A stretch of 64,000 nucleotides of DNA from Bacillota bacterium (GCA_011048995.1 DSCS01000057.1:2541-66540); one strand, 5' to 3'; shown: positions 37,814-48,405, counted from the first letter of the stretch. Translations and numbers: made by a program. Notes: a model not told the origin generated them from the letters alone.

Positions 37814-38989
37814 ATGCATTATGATTTTGACCGCGTCCCATCACGCAAAGGAACGGACAGCGTGAAATGGGATGCATTAGGAGATGTTTTCGGCGATAAG
37901 GAACTGTTACCGCTTTGGGTCGCTGACATGGATTTTCCGGCTCCTCCCGAGATCACAGAAAATCTGATCAAACGGGCCCGTCATCCTCTTTACGGATATA
38001 CGTGTAAAACAAGCCGTTATTATGACGCCGTTCAAAGCTGGTTTTCCCGCCGCTTTGACTGGGCTGTTGAAAAAGAAGATATTTTGACCACTCCCGGGAT
38101 CGTCACGGCACTGGCCCTGGCTGTTGAAGCCTACACGTCACCCGGAGATGAGATCATCATTCAGCCTCCGGTCTATCCCCCTTTCTTTTCGATTGTCAAA
38201 GAAGCGGGACGGGAGCTTCTTCTTAATCCGCTGATCTTTAAAGACGGAACTTATGGGATGGATCTTGAGGGATTGGAAAAAATAATCTCCGAAAAAACGA
38301 AAATGCTCCTTTTCTGCAGCCCCCATAATCCTGTGGGACGGGTCTGGTCCGAAGCTGAGTTGTCCGCTTTGGGAGATTTCTGCGGCAAACACGGCATCAT
38401 CATCATCTCTGATGAGATCCACTGCGACATTGTCTTTCCGGAGCATTCCCATCTGCCTCTGCATCGGGTATCCCCCGCATTTTCTTCTTTTACTGTGACA
38501 TGCACAGCCCCCAGTAAGACCTTTAATATCCCCGGGCTTTACAGTTCCAATATTATCATTACAGATCAAAACCTGCGCAACAGGTTTCAGAAAGTGCAAG
38601 AACGCTTTCATATCTCTTCGACCAACATTTTCGCTGCAGAGGGCACAATAGCAGCCTATAATTACGGCGAACCTTGGCTGGAGGCTCTGCTCAGCTATCT
38701 TCAGGAAAATCTTTCCCTTTTAAAAGAAAGAATCAGCGCCATGCCCGGCGTCACTTTAGCTGCTCTCCCGGAAGGGACCTATCTGGCCTGGATCGATTTT
38801 CGTCCGCTTATTCGCCGGGGAAACGATTGCCACCGCATCGTTTATCAGCAGGCCAAATTGGGTCTCAACGACGGAGCCCAATTCGGCAGAGAAGGTGAAG
38901 GTTTTATGCGATTGAACTTTGCCTGTCCCAAAGCCCTTTTAAACCGGGCGTTGGATCAACTGGAAAAGGCCTTGAAAGAAACCCGGTAA
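37814..38989 (+). CDS. patB: PLP-dependent C-S lyase (PatB/MalY-type aminotransferase class I/II).
   Basis: The N-terminus RVPSRKGTDSVKWD is typical of MalY/PatB. 391 aa. Confidence 0.8.
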   Translation: MHYDFDRVPSRKGTDSVKWDALGDVFGDKELLPLWVADMDFPAPPEITENLIKRARHPLYGYTCKTSRYYDAVQSWFSRRFDWAVEKEDILTTPGIVTALALAVEAYTSPGDEIIIQPPVYPPFFSIVKEAGRELLLNPLIFKDGTYGMDLEGLEKIISEKTKMLLFCSPHNPVGRVWSEAELSALGDFCGKHGIIIISDEIHCDIVFPEHSHLPLHRVSPAFSSFTVTCTAPSKTFNIPGLYSSNIIITDQNLRNRFQKVQERFHISSTNIFAAEGTIAAYNYGEPWLEALLSYLQENLSLLKERISAMPGVTLAALPEGTYLAWIDFRPLIRRGNDCHRIVYQQAKLGLNDGAQFGREGEGFMRLNFACPKALLNRALDQLEKALKETR

Positions 38990-38991
38990 GA

Positions 38992-39342
38992 TTAATCGGA
39001 GGTCCCCTTTTCCCCCTGAATGATCTTCTGGGCTTCTTCAGCCTTTTTAACCAGCCAACGGCCCATATTCAATGCTGCTCTGGGAGTCACCGCTATTTTT
39101 GCAACGACTTCCCGAATAACATCGGCATCTTCTTCAAATTCGACAGGTTGCTCATTCCCGAAAAGATGATGCTCAATATGCTCGATCTCCAGAAGTGTGG
39201 GAGTCGATTTTCTGTCGAAATAGATATTAAGCGTCAAAAGGCCGTCAGGAGAGATTCCTCCGAACATCCCGTTGGCGACCGGGGTGACATCAAATTCATC
39301 CAGATTTTTATAGGCTATCTTCAGCTTTTTCCCCTCTTCCAT
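38992..39342 (-). CDS. DUF3467-like small protein, 116 aa.
   Basis: The start is trimmed to MEEGKKLKI, which is preceded by GGAGG. The track ORF begins 56 codons further upstream with no RBS. Confidence 0.5.
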   Translation of the reverse strand: MEEGKKLKIAYKNLDEFDVTPVANGMFGGISPDGLLTLNIYFDRKSTPTLLEIEHIEHHLFGNEQPVEFEEDADVIREVVAKIAVTPRAALNMGRWLVKKAEEAQKIIQGEKGTSD

Positions 39343-39444
39343 TCTTCCTCCTATCCCTTCTGTCGGGACATTTCCCGGCATGTTAAAACCGTGTTGACAT
39401 AAAGCTAATTTACCATAAAATCTATCTATCGTGAAGGAGGAGTC

Positions 39445-40119
39445 ATGAAAAGCGCATTTTTTATTCGAATGTTCCCGAAGGAGACCCCGATCAAGCTGCT
39501 TATTGAACATGCCGCCATATTAGAAGAGATCAGCCGCCTGATCAAACCCCTGATTGAGTCCTGGTTTCAGAATAAGGATATTTACGAGGAGATGAGGTTT
39601 ATTTCCAAAAGAGAGAGCGATGCCGATGAAATAAAATTTCAGATCCGGAAAATGCTGTCTCAAAGCGTACGAACCCCTTTTGCCGTCAAAGATATTCTGG
39701 ATTATTTGCATTTACAGGATTCTCTTATCGACCGTTTTGAAGATGTGGCAAAAAAACTTTCTCTCAACAAAGTCGAAGGGCTGGATGATTATATCAAAGA
39801 AAAAGTCATGGAGCTGACTGACCAGGTCATTCAATCCATCGACTATTTAGAAGATATGATCCGGGAAGTCCGCAAAGTCATCACTTATTCCTTTCCTTCA
39901 AAGCTTCTCAAAAAGGAAGCTAACAGCTATGTCAAAATCGAGGATATTGAGAATAAAGTAGACGATATTTCCATTGAGATCGGCAAATGGATCTACTCGA
40001 AGAAGAAAGAGATCAATCCTGTCGACTTGATCTTTTTCCGGGAAATGGTTCTGATTCTTGTCCATATTACTGACAGGGCCGAAAATACAGCTGAATTGCT
40101 CAACGCATTTCTGAAATAA
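39445..40119 (+). CDS. DUF47 phosphate-transport accessory (PhoU-like) protein.
   Basis: 224 aa, helical, immediately upstream of the PiT gene. This pairing is conserved. Confidence 0.8.
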   Translation: MKSAFFIRMFPKETPIKLLIEHAAILEEISRLIKPLIESWFQNKDIYEEMRFISKRESDADEIKFQIRKMLSQSVRTPFAVKDILDYLHLQDSLIDRFEDVAKKLSLNKVEGLDDYIKEKVMELTDQVIQSIDYLEDMIREVRKVITYSFPSKLLKKEANSYVKIEDIENKVDDISIEIGKWIYSKKKEINPVDLIFFREMVLILVHITDRAENTAELLNAFLK

Positions 40120-40129
40120 AGGAGATGAT

Positions 40130-41335
40130 ATGACCATTCTTATCATAGCAGCCGTTATCGGGTTTGTCATGTCTATGGCCATCGGCGCCAATGACGTCGC
40201 CAACTCCATGGCTACCGCTGTAGGAGCAAAAGCGATCACCATCAAACAGGCGGTTATCATCGCAGCTCTTTTGGAATTTACCGGAGCTTTTTTCTTCGGA
40301 AAGATGGTGACCGAGACCATACGCAAAGGTATTGTCGACCCCTCGCTGATCAAAGAACCTAATATCATGATCGCCGGAGCTTTTGCCGCTTTGGTTGCTG
40401 CAGCTCTCTGGGTCTTTATCTCAACCTTCTTTGCCCTGCCCATTTCCACAACCCATGCTGTAGTCGGGGGGATGACGGGATTCGGGATCGTGGCCGTGGG
40501 CTGGGGAGCCATCAATTGGGGCAAAATGCTTTTCATAGTCTCCAGCTGGTTTCTCTCTCCGCTTTTGGGAGGAATCCTGGCCTATCTGGTTTTTCGTTTT
40601 ATCTCCTGGGCGATTTTACATCGTGAATTTCCTCTCACTGCCGCGAGAAAAGTGGGCCCTTTTCTCATCGGCCTGACTTTTTTCATCGTCATGCTGATGT
40701 TTTTTTCTAAAGCGCTTCATATGGATATCAATTCCAAACCCCTTCTGTGGTCTTCTCTTTTCGGCGTTGGCGTGATGGTTTTAAGTTTTTTCATCCTGAA
40801 AAGAGTCAAACCGAAAAATGACGAATACGGCGCCGTTGAAAGAATCTTCAGGAAAATGCAAGTCGTTACTTCCTGCTACGTCTCCCTTTCCCACGGAGCC
40901 AATGATGTGGCTAATGCTATCGGGCCTTTGGCAGCCATTTATGCCGTTGTCACGACAGGAGTCGTCGGTGCCCAGGCGGGAATCCCCAAATATCTTCTGG
41001 GCTTAGGCGGCCTGGGTATCGCTTTAGGCGTCGCTGTTTTGGGATACCGGGTCATGCAGACAGTGGGGGATAATATTACAGAATTGAATAATACGCGCGG
41101 ATTTTCCATTGACTTTTCAACAGCCACCACTGTCTTTTTGGCTTCTGTCTTCGGACTTCCTGTCTCCTCCAGTCATACGGTGGTCGGCTCCATTGTGGGC
41201 GTGGGCATGGCCCGCGGCCTGGAAGCGATCAACCTGGATATTATAAAAAAAATCGCCCTCTCCTGGCTTTTGACAGTTCCATTGTCCGCCGTGACGGCGG
41301 CTTTATTGTATAAACTTTTCATCGGGTGGTTTTAA
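40130..41335 (+). CDS. pit: Inorganic phosphate transporter, PiT family.
   Basis: The duplicated GANDVAN motif reads GANDVANSMAT and GANDVANAIGP. Confidence 0.85.
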   Translation: MTILIIAAVIGFVMSMAIGANDVANSMATAVGAKAITIKQAVIIAALLEFTGAFFFGKMVTETIRKGIVDPSLIKEPNIMIAGAFAALVAAALWVFISTFFALPISTTHAVVGGMTGFGIVAVGWGAINWGKMLFIVSSWFLSPLLGGILAYLVFRFISWAILHREFPLTAARKVGPFLIGLTFFIVMLMFFSKALHMDINSKPLLWSSLFGVGVMVLSFFILKRVKPKNDEYGAVERIFRKMQVVTSCYVSLSHGANDVANAIGPLAAIYAVVTTGVVGAQAGIPKYLLGLGGLGIALGVAVLGYRVMQTVGDNITELNNTRGFSIDFSTATTVFLASVFGLPVSSSHTVVGSIVGVGMARGLEAINLDIIKKIALSWLLTVPLSAVTAALLYKLFIGWF

Positions 41336-41976
41336 GAGTGAGAAGCCGGCTGCGCACCATCAATCTTCCTCAGGAGGAGTGGGATCATTATGTCCTGCCG
41401 ATCGGTGAGACAACTTTGTCAGGACCGCTCTTTGATTATATGAGCAGCTGCGCCCTGGTCATTGAATGCTGTTGCGGCAAAGGGGAATTCCTTGCAGAAG
41501 AAGCAAAAAAACATCCCAATAAACATTTCCTGGGGATCGATTATGCTTATCCGGTGGTCCAGCGGGCTGTAAAACGCGCGCATGCTCATCAACTCGACAA
41601 TATTCGTTATTTACATACAACGATCGAACAAGCCTTTTCCTTGATTCCCCGGTTTTCAAATTTAGAACGTATTTACATTAATTTTTCCGACCCCTGGCCC
41701 AAAAAGCGACATTGGAAAAGAAGAGTCATACAGAAAGAGATTCTGACCATGATTCATCGCATCATGAATGAGCACACGACCCTTTACATCGTTACTGATC
41801 ACCCGGACTACAAAGATTGGATCCGCGAACAGCTTAAGGCAGTCGGCACCCTTCTCGCACCTGTTTATAATGACTGGGCCGTGAATCATTTGGAGGAATT
41901 TCACGAATCAGATTATATGAATAAGGGATTAGCCCGGGGATATACCATTACTTTTTTTTTGGCTCGAAAGATCTGA
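41326..41976 (+). CDS. trmB: tRNA (guanine46-N7)-methyltransferase.
   Basis: The motifs IEIGCGKG-like and FSDPWPKKRHWKRR are present. Confidence 0.85.
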   Translation: MVLRVRSRLRTINLPQEEWDHYVLPIGETTLSGPLFDYMSSCALVIECCCGKGEFLAEEAKKHPNKHFLGIDYAYPVVQRAVKRAHAHQLDNIRYLHTTIEQAFSLIPRFSNLERIYINFSDPWPKKRHWKRRVIQKEILTMIHRIMNEHTTLYIVTDHPDYKDWIREQLKAVGTLLAPVYNDWAVNHLEEFHESDYMNKGLARGYTITFFLARKI

Positions 41977-41998
41977 TAACCCATTAAACAAGGAGGTT

Positions 41999-42313
41999 TT
42001 GATGAAATTTAAAAATGTCACTGTCATCGCCAAATCCAATGTCTACGATAACGGCAAAGTCACCAGCCGGACACTTCTTTTTCAAGACGGGACAAAAAAG
42101 ACACTGGGTATCATGATGCCCGGACGCTATCATTTTAACACGGCCGCTTCTGAGCTTATGGAAGCTCTCGGCGGAACAGCCCGTGTTTTGATCCGGGATA
42201 CCGATAATTGGATCACGGTCTCGGAAGGGGAATCGTTTTCAGTCCCGGCGGATTCTTCATTTGATATTGAAGTCATAGAACTCTTTGATTATTGTTGTTC
42301 TTACAATGTCTGA
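41999..42313 (+). CDS. ppnP: Pyrimidine/purine nucleoside phosphorylase PpnP (DUF1255/YaiE).
   Basis: 104 aa with a cupin-like YaiE signature (VYDNGKVTSRT...MMPGRYHF). Confidence 0.75.
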   Translation: MMKFKNVTVIAKSNVYDNGKVTSRTLLFQDGTKKTLGIMMPGRYHFNTAASELMEALGGTARVLIRDTDNWITVSEGESFSVPADSSFDIEVIELFDYCCSYNV

Positions 42314-42319
42314 TACACT

Positions 42320-42350
42320 TTGCGGGGCTTTTTTAATAAAGACCCCGCAA
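42320..42350 (+). terminator. Stem-loop downstream of ppnP; possible terminator.
   Basis: An 8-bp stem, TTGCGGGG with CCCCGCAA, encloses a 15-nt loop. A T-rich tract sits in the loop rather than after the stem, so this is a weak call. Confidence 0.3.
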
Positions 42351-42368
42351 TTTCCTTAAAACTCCTTA

Positions 42369-42396
42369 TTGAAAAAACATCTCCCTTCCTTATACT
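42369..42396 (+). promoter_or_regulatory. Candidate promoter of the nitroreductase gene.
   Basis: TTGAAA (42369-42374) is followed by a 16-nt spacer and TATACT (42391-42396). AAGGAGG sits 6 nt before the ATG at 42417. The track's alternative start falls inside this promoter. Confidence 0.35.
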
Positions 42397-42416
42397 CATT
42401 GTATAAAGGAGGCTTT

Positions 42417-43190
42417 ATGCAAAACGAAACGTTGAATCTTCTACTGAATAGAAAATCCGTTCGCGCATTTACAGCGCAAAACCCCGATGAACGAAATGTC
42501 AAAGCTCTTACGGATGCCGCCTGCCAGGCCCCTTTTGCTTATCAGGCCTATTCAATACTTTTACGCCGCGATCGTTCAAAGAACCCCTTTCAGGCTCCCC
42601 TCTATTTTATTTTCTGCGCTGATCTGTTTAAGCTGGAAAAAATCATTGAAAAGCGGGGTTGGAAAAGATCTATGAATGACATATTTACTCTTCTGCTCTC
42701 TTTTCAAGACGCTGCTTATGCAGCCCAAAACCTGGTGGTTGCAGCAGAAAGCCTGGGAATGGGCAGTTGCTATATCGGAGGGGCCCCGTTAGGAGCTTTG
42801 TCCCTTAAAACAGAATTTGACCTTCCCGAAAAAGTTTTCCCTCTGGTCGGCCTTTCAGTGGGATATCCCGCCGAAAATCCTCCTGTCAGGCCCCGTTTTC
42901 CTCGTTCTTTTACAATAATCGAAGGGAAATACCCCCGCTGGGATGAAAAGAATCTGAACGAAGCCATGGAGAGAATGGATAAAGGGTATCTTGATCAGGA
43001 TTATTATAAAAAGTCCGGTTATCAGATCCCCCTTCCTCCCGGCAAAGAAGAAAACTATACTTTTGAGACATATTCATGGACAGAACATATTTCACGTAAA
43101 TTCGGACTTTGGGAAAAATCATCGGAAAGGATCTTAAGCCTTTTCGATCAATGCGGCTTTTTTAAAGATTGCAGTAAAGACGATCATTAA
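42417..43190 (+). CDS. Nitroreductase-family protein.
   Basis: LNRKSVRAF begins the nitroreductase fold. Confidence 0.75.
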   Translation: MQNETLNLLLNRKSVRAFTAQNPDERNVKALTDAACQAPFAYQAYSILLRRDRSKNPFQAPLYFIFCADLFKLEKIIEKRGWKRSMNDIFTLLLSFQDAAYAAQNLVVAAESLGMGSCYIGGAPLGALSLKTEFDLPEKVFPLVGLSVGYPAENPPVRPRFPRSFTIIEGKYPRWDEKNLNEAMERMDKGYLDQDYYKKSGYQIPLPPGKEENYTFETYSWTEHISRKFGLWEKSSERILSLFDQCGFFKDCSKDDH

Positions 43191-44116
43191 AAAATTGACA
43201 AGCCGCTGATTGTCGTAAAACGGTCTAAGGCTTCGATCCCCCGTAGAGAATTACCCCTTTCATTCAGCCCGGGACCCCATGCCGCCATAGAAAAATGGCC
43301 CGGTAAAACAGCGACAATGCCGCCCCCTACGCCGCTTTTTGCCGGCAGCCCCACGCGGTAAGCGAATTCCCCTGATTCATTATAAAGCCCTGAAGTCATC
43401 ATAAGAGAATTGAGGCGTTTTGTCAGCGAGAAGGTCAAAACAGGCTCTTCAAACCTCTGATGGATCCCCTTTTGCGCCAGAAAACGGAAAGCACGAGCTA
43501 AATCGATACAGCTCATGGCAATGGAGCAATGGTTGCAATAGAGATTGAGAACATCTTCCACTTCTCCCCCGATATTTCCGAAACTCTTCATAAAATGAGT
43601 TAAGGCCGCATTGCGGTGAGCCGCTCTCTTTTCAGACAAAGCCACTCTCTCATCGATCAGTATTGAGTTATTCGCAGAGAGCATTCTGACAAAAGTCAGT
43701 ATTTTGTCCCGCGGGTCAGGATGGGCCTCCAGAAGCATATCAGCGACAACCAAAGCCCCGGCATTGATAAAGGGATTACGGGGAATCCCTTGCTCATTTT
43801 CCAACTGTATCAGCGAATTAAAGGGATGTCCCGAAGGCTCCCTGCCGACCCTGCTCCAGACTTCATTCCCCAATTCACGCAAAGCAAGAGTTAAAGTGAA
43901 GACTTTTGAAATACTTTGAATTGAAAACGGGATATCCGCATCTCCGACAGAATAAAGGCCGCCTTTGGTATCTATAAGCGCCATACCGAAATGATCGGTT
44001 GAAATTTCAGCCAAAGCGGGAATATAATCGGCCGCGTGCCCCTTTCCGGCTAAAGGGCGCGTCTCTTCACAGACCCTCTCTAAAAGTCCTTGATAGTCTA
44101 TGGTATCCATATTCAC
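43187..44116 (-). CDS. glsA: Glutaminase.
   Basis: The serine-dependent glutaminase motifs read SVGDADIPFSIQSISKVFT and GLPAKSGVGGGI. Confidence 0.85.
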   Translation of the reverse strand: MNMDTIDYQGLLERVCEETRPLAGKGHAADYIPALAEISTDHFGMALIDTKGGLYSVGDADIPFSIQSISKVFTLTLALRELGNEVWSRVGREPSGHPFNSLIQLENEQGIPRNPFINAGALVVADMLLEAHPDPRDKILTFVRMLSANNSILIDERVALSEKRAAHRNAALTHFMKSFGNIGGEVEDVLNLYCNHCSIAMSCIDLARAFRFLAQKGIHQRFEEPVLTFSLTKRLNSLMMTSGLYNESGEFAYRVGLPAKSGVGGGIVAVLPGHFSMAAWGPGLNERGNSLRGIEALDRFTTISGLSIF

Positions 44117-44153
44117 CTGAGCCCTCCTTTACGACTTTTAAACGGCTTCGATT

Positions 44154-44528
44154 TTAAGGTTTGAAAGCGAAATAAACCGCTAAAATCAAAAACAAAAAAG
44201 CAATCCCGTGGTTGATTCGCAAATCCCCTGTTTTAAAAATAACGTGAGCAATGATCATAAAGACAGAAAGAGAAATCGTTTCCTGAAGAATTTTAAGCTG
44301 AACCAGAGTAAAGGGGCCCCCATTTTCATTAAACCCGATACGGTTTGCCGGGATTTGAAAAGAGTACTCAAAAAAAGCAATACTCCAGCTGATTACAATA
44401 ATGAAGAAGAGACTCATCTCTGAAAAAAAGCGAAAGGATTTCATCTTAAGATGACCATACCAAGCAAGGGTCATAAAGACATTGGATATAAAAAGGAGAA
44501 GAAGTATCAACAGTGTTTTTTTTATCAT
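44154..44528 (-). CDS. Small four-TM DMT-like membrane protein.
   Basis: 124 aa, hydrophobic, with four predicted TM helices. Confidence 0.5.
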   Translation of the reverse strand: MIKKTLLILLLLFISNVFMTLAWYGHLKMKSFRFFSEMSLFFIIVISWSIAFFEYSFQIPANRIGFNENGGPFTLVQLKILQETISLSVFMIIAHVIFKTGDLRINHGIAFLFLILAVYFAFKP

Positions 44529-44582
44529 CGTTTATCTGCAGAAGAATAAGCGTCTGAATAAATAAATCAAGATATTTGTTTT

Positions 44583-45956
44583 TTAAATCAGAGGAATCCG
44601 ACGATAGCGTTCCAAAGCTTCTATGCGTTCCTTCTGATGATCCACAAGGGGCTTCGGATAGGCTGATGCAGAGGCCCGGGATGCTTTTCCCGGAAGAAAA
44701 AAGAGAGAAGGATCTACCGTTGCCAGTTCAGGAATCCACTTCTTGACATACTCTCCCCGCGGGTCAAAGCGTTTTTGCTGGAGCCACGGGCTCATCACCC
44801 GGAAATAGGGAACGCTGTCACATCCCGTTGACGCCGCCCATTGCCAATTCCCATTATTAGACGCCGGGTCATAATCCTTCAAATGACGGGCAAAATGGCG
44901 CTCTCCTTCTCGCCAATGAATATGGAGGTCTTTGACAAGAAAAGAAGCTGCCACCATGCGTACTCTATTATGCATAGATCCCGTCTGAAGAAGTTCCCGC
45001 ATTCCGGCATCAACCATTGGGAGCCCGGTTTCTCCCCTGCACCAGCGTAAAAACTTTTCACCGGGCTCATCCCAAAGAATCGAGTCATATTTTTCATGGA
45101 AACTCCCTGAAAAGACACGGGGGAAATGAAAAGCGATGTGTCCGAAAAAGTCACGCCACAGGAGTTCTGAAAGAAAGGGCTCCGCTTCCCGGAGGCTCCT
45201 TTGGGCTTCATGCCATATTTCCCGGGCGGAGAGAGTTCCGAACTTCACATGAGGAGACAGGCCTGAAGTCGCATCTTGAGCCGGGTAGTCTCGAAATCTG
45301 CTGTAATTGTCTGAATATAAAAAATTTTCTAATTTTTCAAGGCCGCGCTCACGCCCACCCTCGTTGAGCGTTTCTGTTTTCTTTTCTCTGAGAGTCTTTA
45401 ACAAAAGGCTTTTTTTCAGAGGCTTTTTTCTATACGATCCCCTGACCGGTTTTTCTGCATCCGGCACTTCACAAGCGAGTGCCTGCCGTTTGAAGGGAGA
45501 ATAAATCCTGAATGGGCTGCCTGCTTTTGTCAGCACTTCTCCCGGAACATGAAGAAGGCTTTGATGAATTCCGTGAAAAGGGATATGATGCTTTCGGCAC
45601 AACTGTTCCCACTTCTCTTCTCTCCTCCTGGCAAAGGGGGTGTAATCTCTTTGACAGAAAAGGCCGCCGATATCATACGTCATAAAAATCGACTCCAAGA
45701 CTTCTTCGGACAAGCCTTCAATAACATTCAGAACTCCTCCTTTTGCAGCAATGTCGCCGAAAAGGGCTTCCAAAGATTCGATCATAAAAGAAAAAGCTTT
45801 GCTGCTGAAAAAATCATTAACGACTCCCTGTCGTTGATCCAAAATAAAGAGGGGGATGACGAGATGGTGCTTTCGCAAAGCTTCATTGAGAGCTCTGTTA
45901 TCCTGCAAACGCAGATCACGAGTAAAAACATAAAGGCCGGGTTTTGCTGCGCTCAT
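44583..45956 (-). CDS. phrB: Deoxyribodipyrimidine photolyase / cryptochrome family protein.
   Basis: The N-terminal photolyase domain is followed by a FAD-binding C-terminus (WREGERHFARHLKDYDPASNNGNWQW). Confidence 0.85.
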   Translation of the reverse strand: MSAAKPGLYVFTRDLRLQDNRALNEALRKHHLVIPLFILDQRQGVVNDFFSSKAFSFMIESLEALFGDIAAKGGVLNVIEGLSEEVLESIFMTYDIGGLFCQRDYTPFARRREEKWEQLCRKHHIPFHGIHQSLLHVPGEVLTKAGSPFRIYSPFKRQALACEVPDAEKPVRGSYRKKPLKKSLLLKTLREKKTETLNEGGRERGLEKLENFLYSDNYSRFRDYPAQDATSGLSPHVKFGTLSAREIWHEAQRSLREAEPFLSELLWRDFFGHIAFHFPRVFSGSFHEKYDSILWDEPGEKFLRWCRGETGLPMVDAGMRELLQTGSMHNRVRMVAASFLVKDLHIHWREGERHFARHLKDYDPASNNGNWQWAASTGCDSVPYFRVMSPWLQQKRFDPRGEYVKKWIPELATVDPSLFFLPGKASRASASAYPKPLVDHQKERIEALERYRRIPLI

Positions 45957-46057
45957 ACTTTAGCATAGCCGAATTTTCCCTGGCCGGAAAGCCTTTAAAA
46001 CCTTTTTGCACTTTGATGTGTCTTTTTTACAGGCCCCTTCAAACGAAAGGAAATGTT

Positions 46058-47047
46058 ATGTTAAAACTCTGGTCTCTTATAACGGCTTTTGGGTTGGCTG
46101 CATTCCCCGGATTTCCTGCTGAACAAAATTCCTCCTTGTTAAAGGGACGTCTTCTCCTTCCGGGCATTGTCAGTACCGGGCTCTTTGAGCGGGATTTCAC
46201 CCTCTCTTCGGATGGAAAAGAAATCTATTTTACTGTTATGGGCCCCGGCTTTTCTGTGATTATGACCACTTCCTTTATAAAAGGAAAATGGACTTCTCCG
46301 GTCCCGGCTTCTTTTTCAGGACACAGGGAATATTTCGATGCAGAGCCTTTTCTTTCTGATGACGGCCGGCGGCTCTATTTTCTTTCCACCCGCCCCCTTC
46401 CGGGAGAATCCGCTCCCTCGGGCTGGGGATATGAAAATATATGGGTGGTCAAAAAGAAAAAGCATGAATGGGGCAAACCTGTCCCTTTGGATAACGCTGT
46501 GAACAATGGGGACAATAATTACTGCCCGACACTGTCAAAAGAGGGCGTACTTTTCTTTACCCGATCCCCCAGGGGGGGAAAACGGGAGGCATTCTTATAT
46601 CAGGCTATCCGGACTTCTGACGGATTATATCTTTCTGAAAGACTGCCTTTTCCCCTCAACAGCCATTCCTTTCAATTCAACAGTTGTGTTGACCCTGAAG
46701 GCAATTTTCTTCTCTTTATCTCTTCCGGCCATGAAAAGAACTTCAACATCAATGATATCTGGGCCTCTTTTTACTCCGAAGAAAAGGGGTGGAGCCATCC
46801 CGTTAATTTAGGGACTTGTGTCAATTTCCCGGGAGGCAACGCTGTTTCTGTCTCCCTTACCCCTGACGGTAAAACAATTGTCTTTGCTTCCCGCTTTTTA
46901 AACACAGAACAGATCCCTCCAGTTTTGACCTATGAAAATATTCATCTTTTCGTCCAAGGGCCTCAAAACGGCTCATCCGATCTTTATGCCATCAGCGCCG
47001 ATATCCTGCTTCCCCTCAGAGAGCAGGCGCGATGGGACGAGGAATAG
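46058..47047 (+). CDS. Secreted WD40-like (PD40/TolB-type) beta-propeller repeat protein.
   Basis: The start is trimmed to the MLKLWSLITAFGLAAF signal. PD40 repeats recur (DGKEIYFT, DGRRLYFLSTR, PDGKTIVFASR). Confidence 0.65.
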   Translation: MLKLWSLITAFGLAAFPGFPAEQNSSLLKGRLLLPGIVSTGLFERDFTLSSDGKEIYFTVMGPGFSVIMTTSFIKGKWTSPVPASFSGHREYFDAEPFLSDDGRRLYFLSTRPLPGESAPSGWGYENIWVVKKKKHEWGKPVPLDNAVNNGDNNYCPTLSKEGVLFFTRSPRGGKREAFLYQAIRTSDGLYLSERLPFPLNSHSFQFNSCVDPEGNFLLFISSGHEKNFNINDIWASFYSEEKGWSHPVNLGTCVNFPGGNAVSVSLTPDGKTIVFASRFLNTEQIPPVLTYENIHLFVQGPQNGSSDLYAISADILLPLREQARWDEE

Positions 47048-47068
47048 CGGTCAAGCGACACCTTAGTG

Positions 47069-47494
47069 CTACTTTCCCCGGTTTTGCTCGATATAGGCTG
47101 TGACAAAAGCAATGACTTTCGGGCAGATCTCTTTATAATCCCTTTTTTCAAGGGTTTCTGCGCAACTTATGGGATCATTGAGATCGACACCTAAAAGATC
47201 CCGGCATCTCAACGATCCGAATTCTCTGATAACGGCTTCTCCTAAGGAACGGATCTGTTCATAACAAAAATCTTTTTTCTCAGCATTAAAAGCTCCTAAC
47301 ACCATCACTCCGCCGGTGAAGGCTCCGCAGGCTTCCTGCAAGCGCCCCATCCCTCCCCCGAAACCGGCTCCCAAAGAAAAAAGGGTTTTTTCTTCTTCCC
47401 CCAATTCTCCTGCCCATGGAGTGACAACCGCCTGGCAACAATTGCAAGTCCCCCGGAAACGGGCCAAGGCTTCTTTTACTTTTTGGGAATCCAT
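47069..47494 (-). CDS. C_GCAxxG_C_C family redox-active protein.
   Basis: The motifs CNCCQAV and GGGMGRLQEACGAFTGG (GCAxxG) are present. 141 aa. Confidence 0.75.
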   Translation of the reverse strand: MDSQKVKEALARFRGTCNCCQAVVTPWAGELGEEEKTLFSLGAGFGGGMGRLQEACGAFTGGVMVLGAFNAEKKDFCYEQIRSLGEAVIREFGSLRCRDLLGVDLNDPISCAETLEKRDYKEICPKVIAFVTAYIEQNRGK

Positions 47495-47543
47495 TTTTTC
47501 TCCTTATTTTTCCTTTTTCAATCGTCTTTGCCCCCACTTCTTT

Positions 47544-48095
47544 TCAAGAGCTCCATTTTTCCCAGTGAAGTTTCTCTTCATCCCATTTATCCTTTGGAAG
47601 CGGTTTTTCAACCGCGTACCCGATAGGAATCACGTTTAATGGAATTATTTCCTTTGGAATTGAAAGCAGGGAACGGACCTGCCCAAGACGGCCTTCGTCG
47701 GGATAAAGACCCGTCCAAACCGCGCCCAAGCCCACAGCTTCTGCCGCCAATAAAATATTCTCTGTAGCTGCCGAACAATCCTGAACCCAAAACTTCTCCG
47801 CAACACCCCTGTCATCTTTTCCCGGTCGGCCACAAACCACTATGGCCGCCCCGGCTTCTCGCAGCATAGAAGCATTCGGCAATGTTTCGGCTAAAAGATT
47901 CAATAGGTTTCTTTCTGAAACGACAATAAATTCCCATGGCTGAATATTCATCGCAGAAGGGGCGCACATCCCCGCTTGAACTAAGATCTTTAGCATATCC
48001 CGTTTGATTTTTTTGTTTTTGTCAAAATGTCTGATACTTGTTCGCATCAAAATGAGATTCAAATCATCCACAACATCTCCTTTCAGGTTGGCCAT
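47544..48095 (-). CDS. Nitroreductase-family protein.
   Basis: 183 aa. The N-terminus reads LMRTSIRHFDK, with a C-terminal flavin-binding block. Confidence 0.75.
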   Translation of the reverse strand: MANLKGDVVDDLNLILMRTSIRHFDKNKKIKRDMLKILVQAGMCAPSAMNIQPWEFIVVSERNLLNLLAETLPNASMLREAGAAIVVCGRPGKDDRGVAEKFWVQDCSAATENILLAAEAVGLGAVWTGLYPDEGRLGQVRSLLSIPKEIIPLNVIPIGYAVEKPLPKDKWDEEKLHWEKWSS

Positions 48096-48405
48096 AAGAG
48101 GATCATATAGACGATATAGAGAACAAGAAGTCCCCCGCCTTCCAGGCGGCTAAGCCTGAATCCGCTTTTAAAAAAGGGGAAAGCCAGACAAGAGGCTAGA
48201 ACAAAAGTTCCCAAATCCGTCCATGTGATCCCCTGAGCCGTCGGAGGCCGATAAAAGAGACATCTCTTTCAACCTCCTGTCCTTTTATCTTAAGATAAAT
48301 CATTCCCGTTACGTGTCAAGATTTCTCTTGGCTGTTTATCGCTTTATACAGCCCTTTTATCGGTTTTGACTTGGTTATTCAGAATTCTTTATGACAATCA
48401 TAACG

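Noticed and set aside
48096-48390. A 295-bp intergenic region as a possible ncRNA or tRNA.
   Set aside because: It has no cloverleaf-compatible conserved boxes and no strong hairpin with a T-tract. It is probably just a divergent promoter region.
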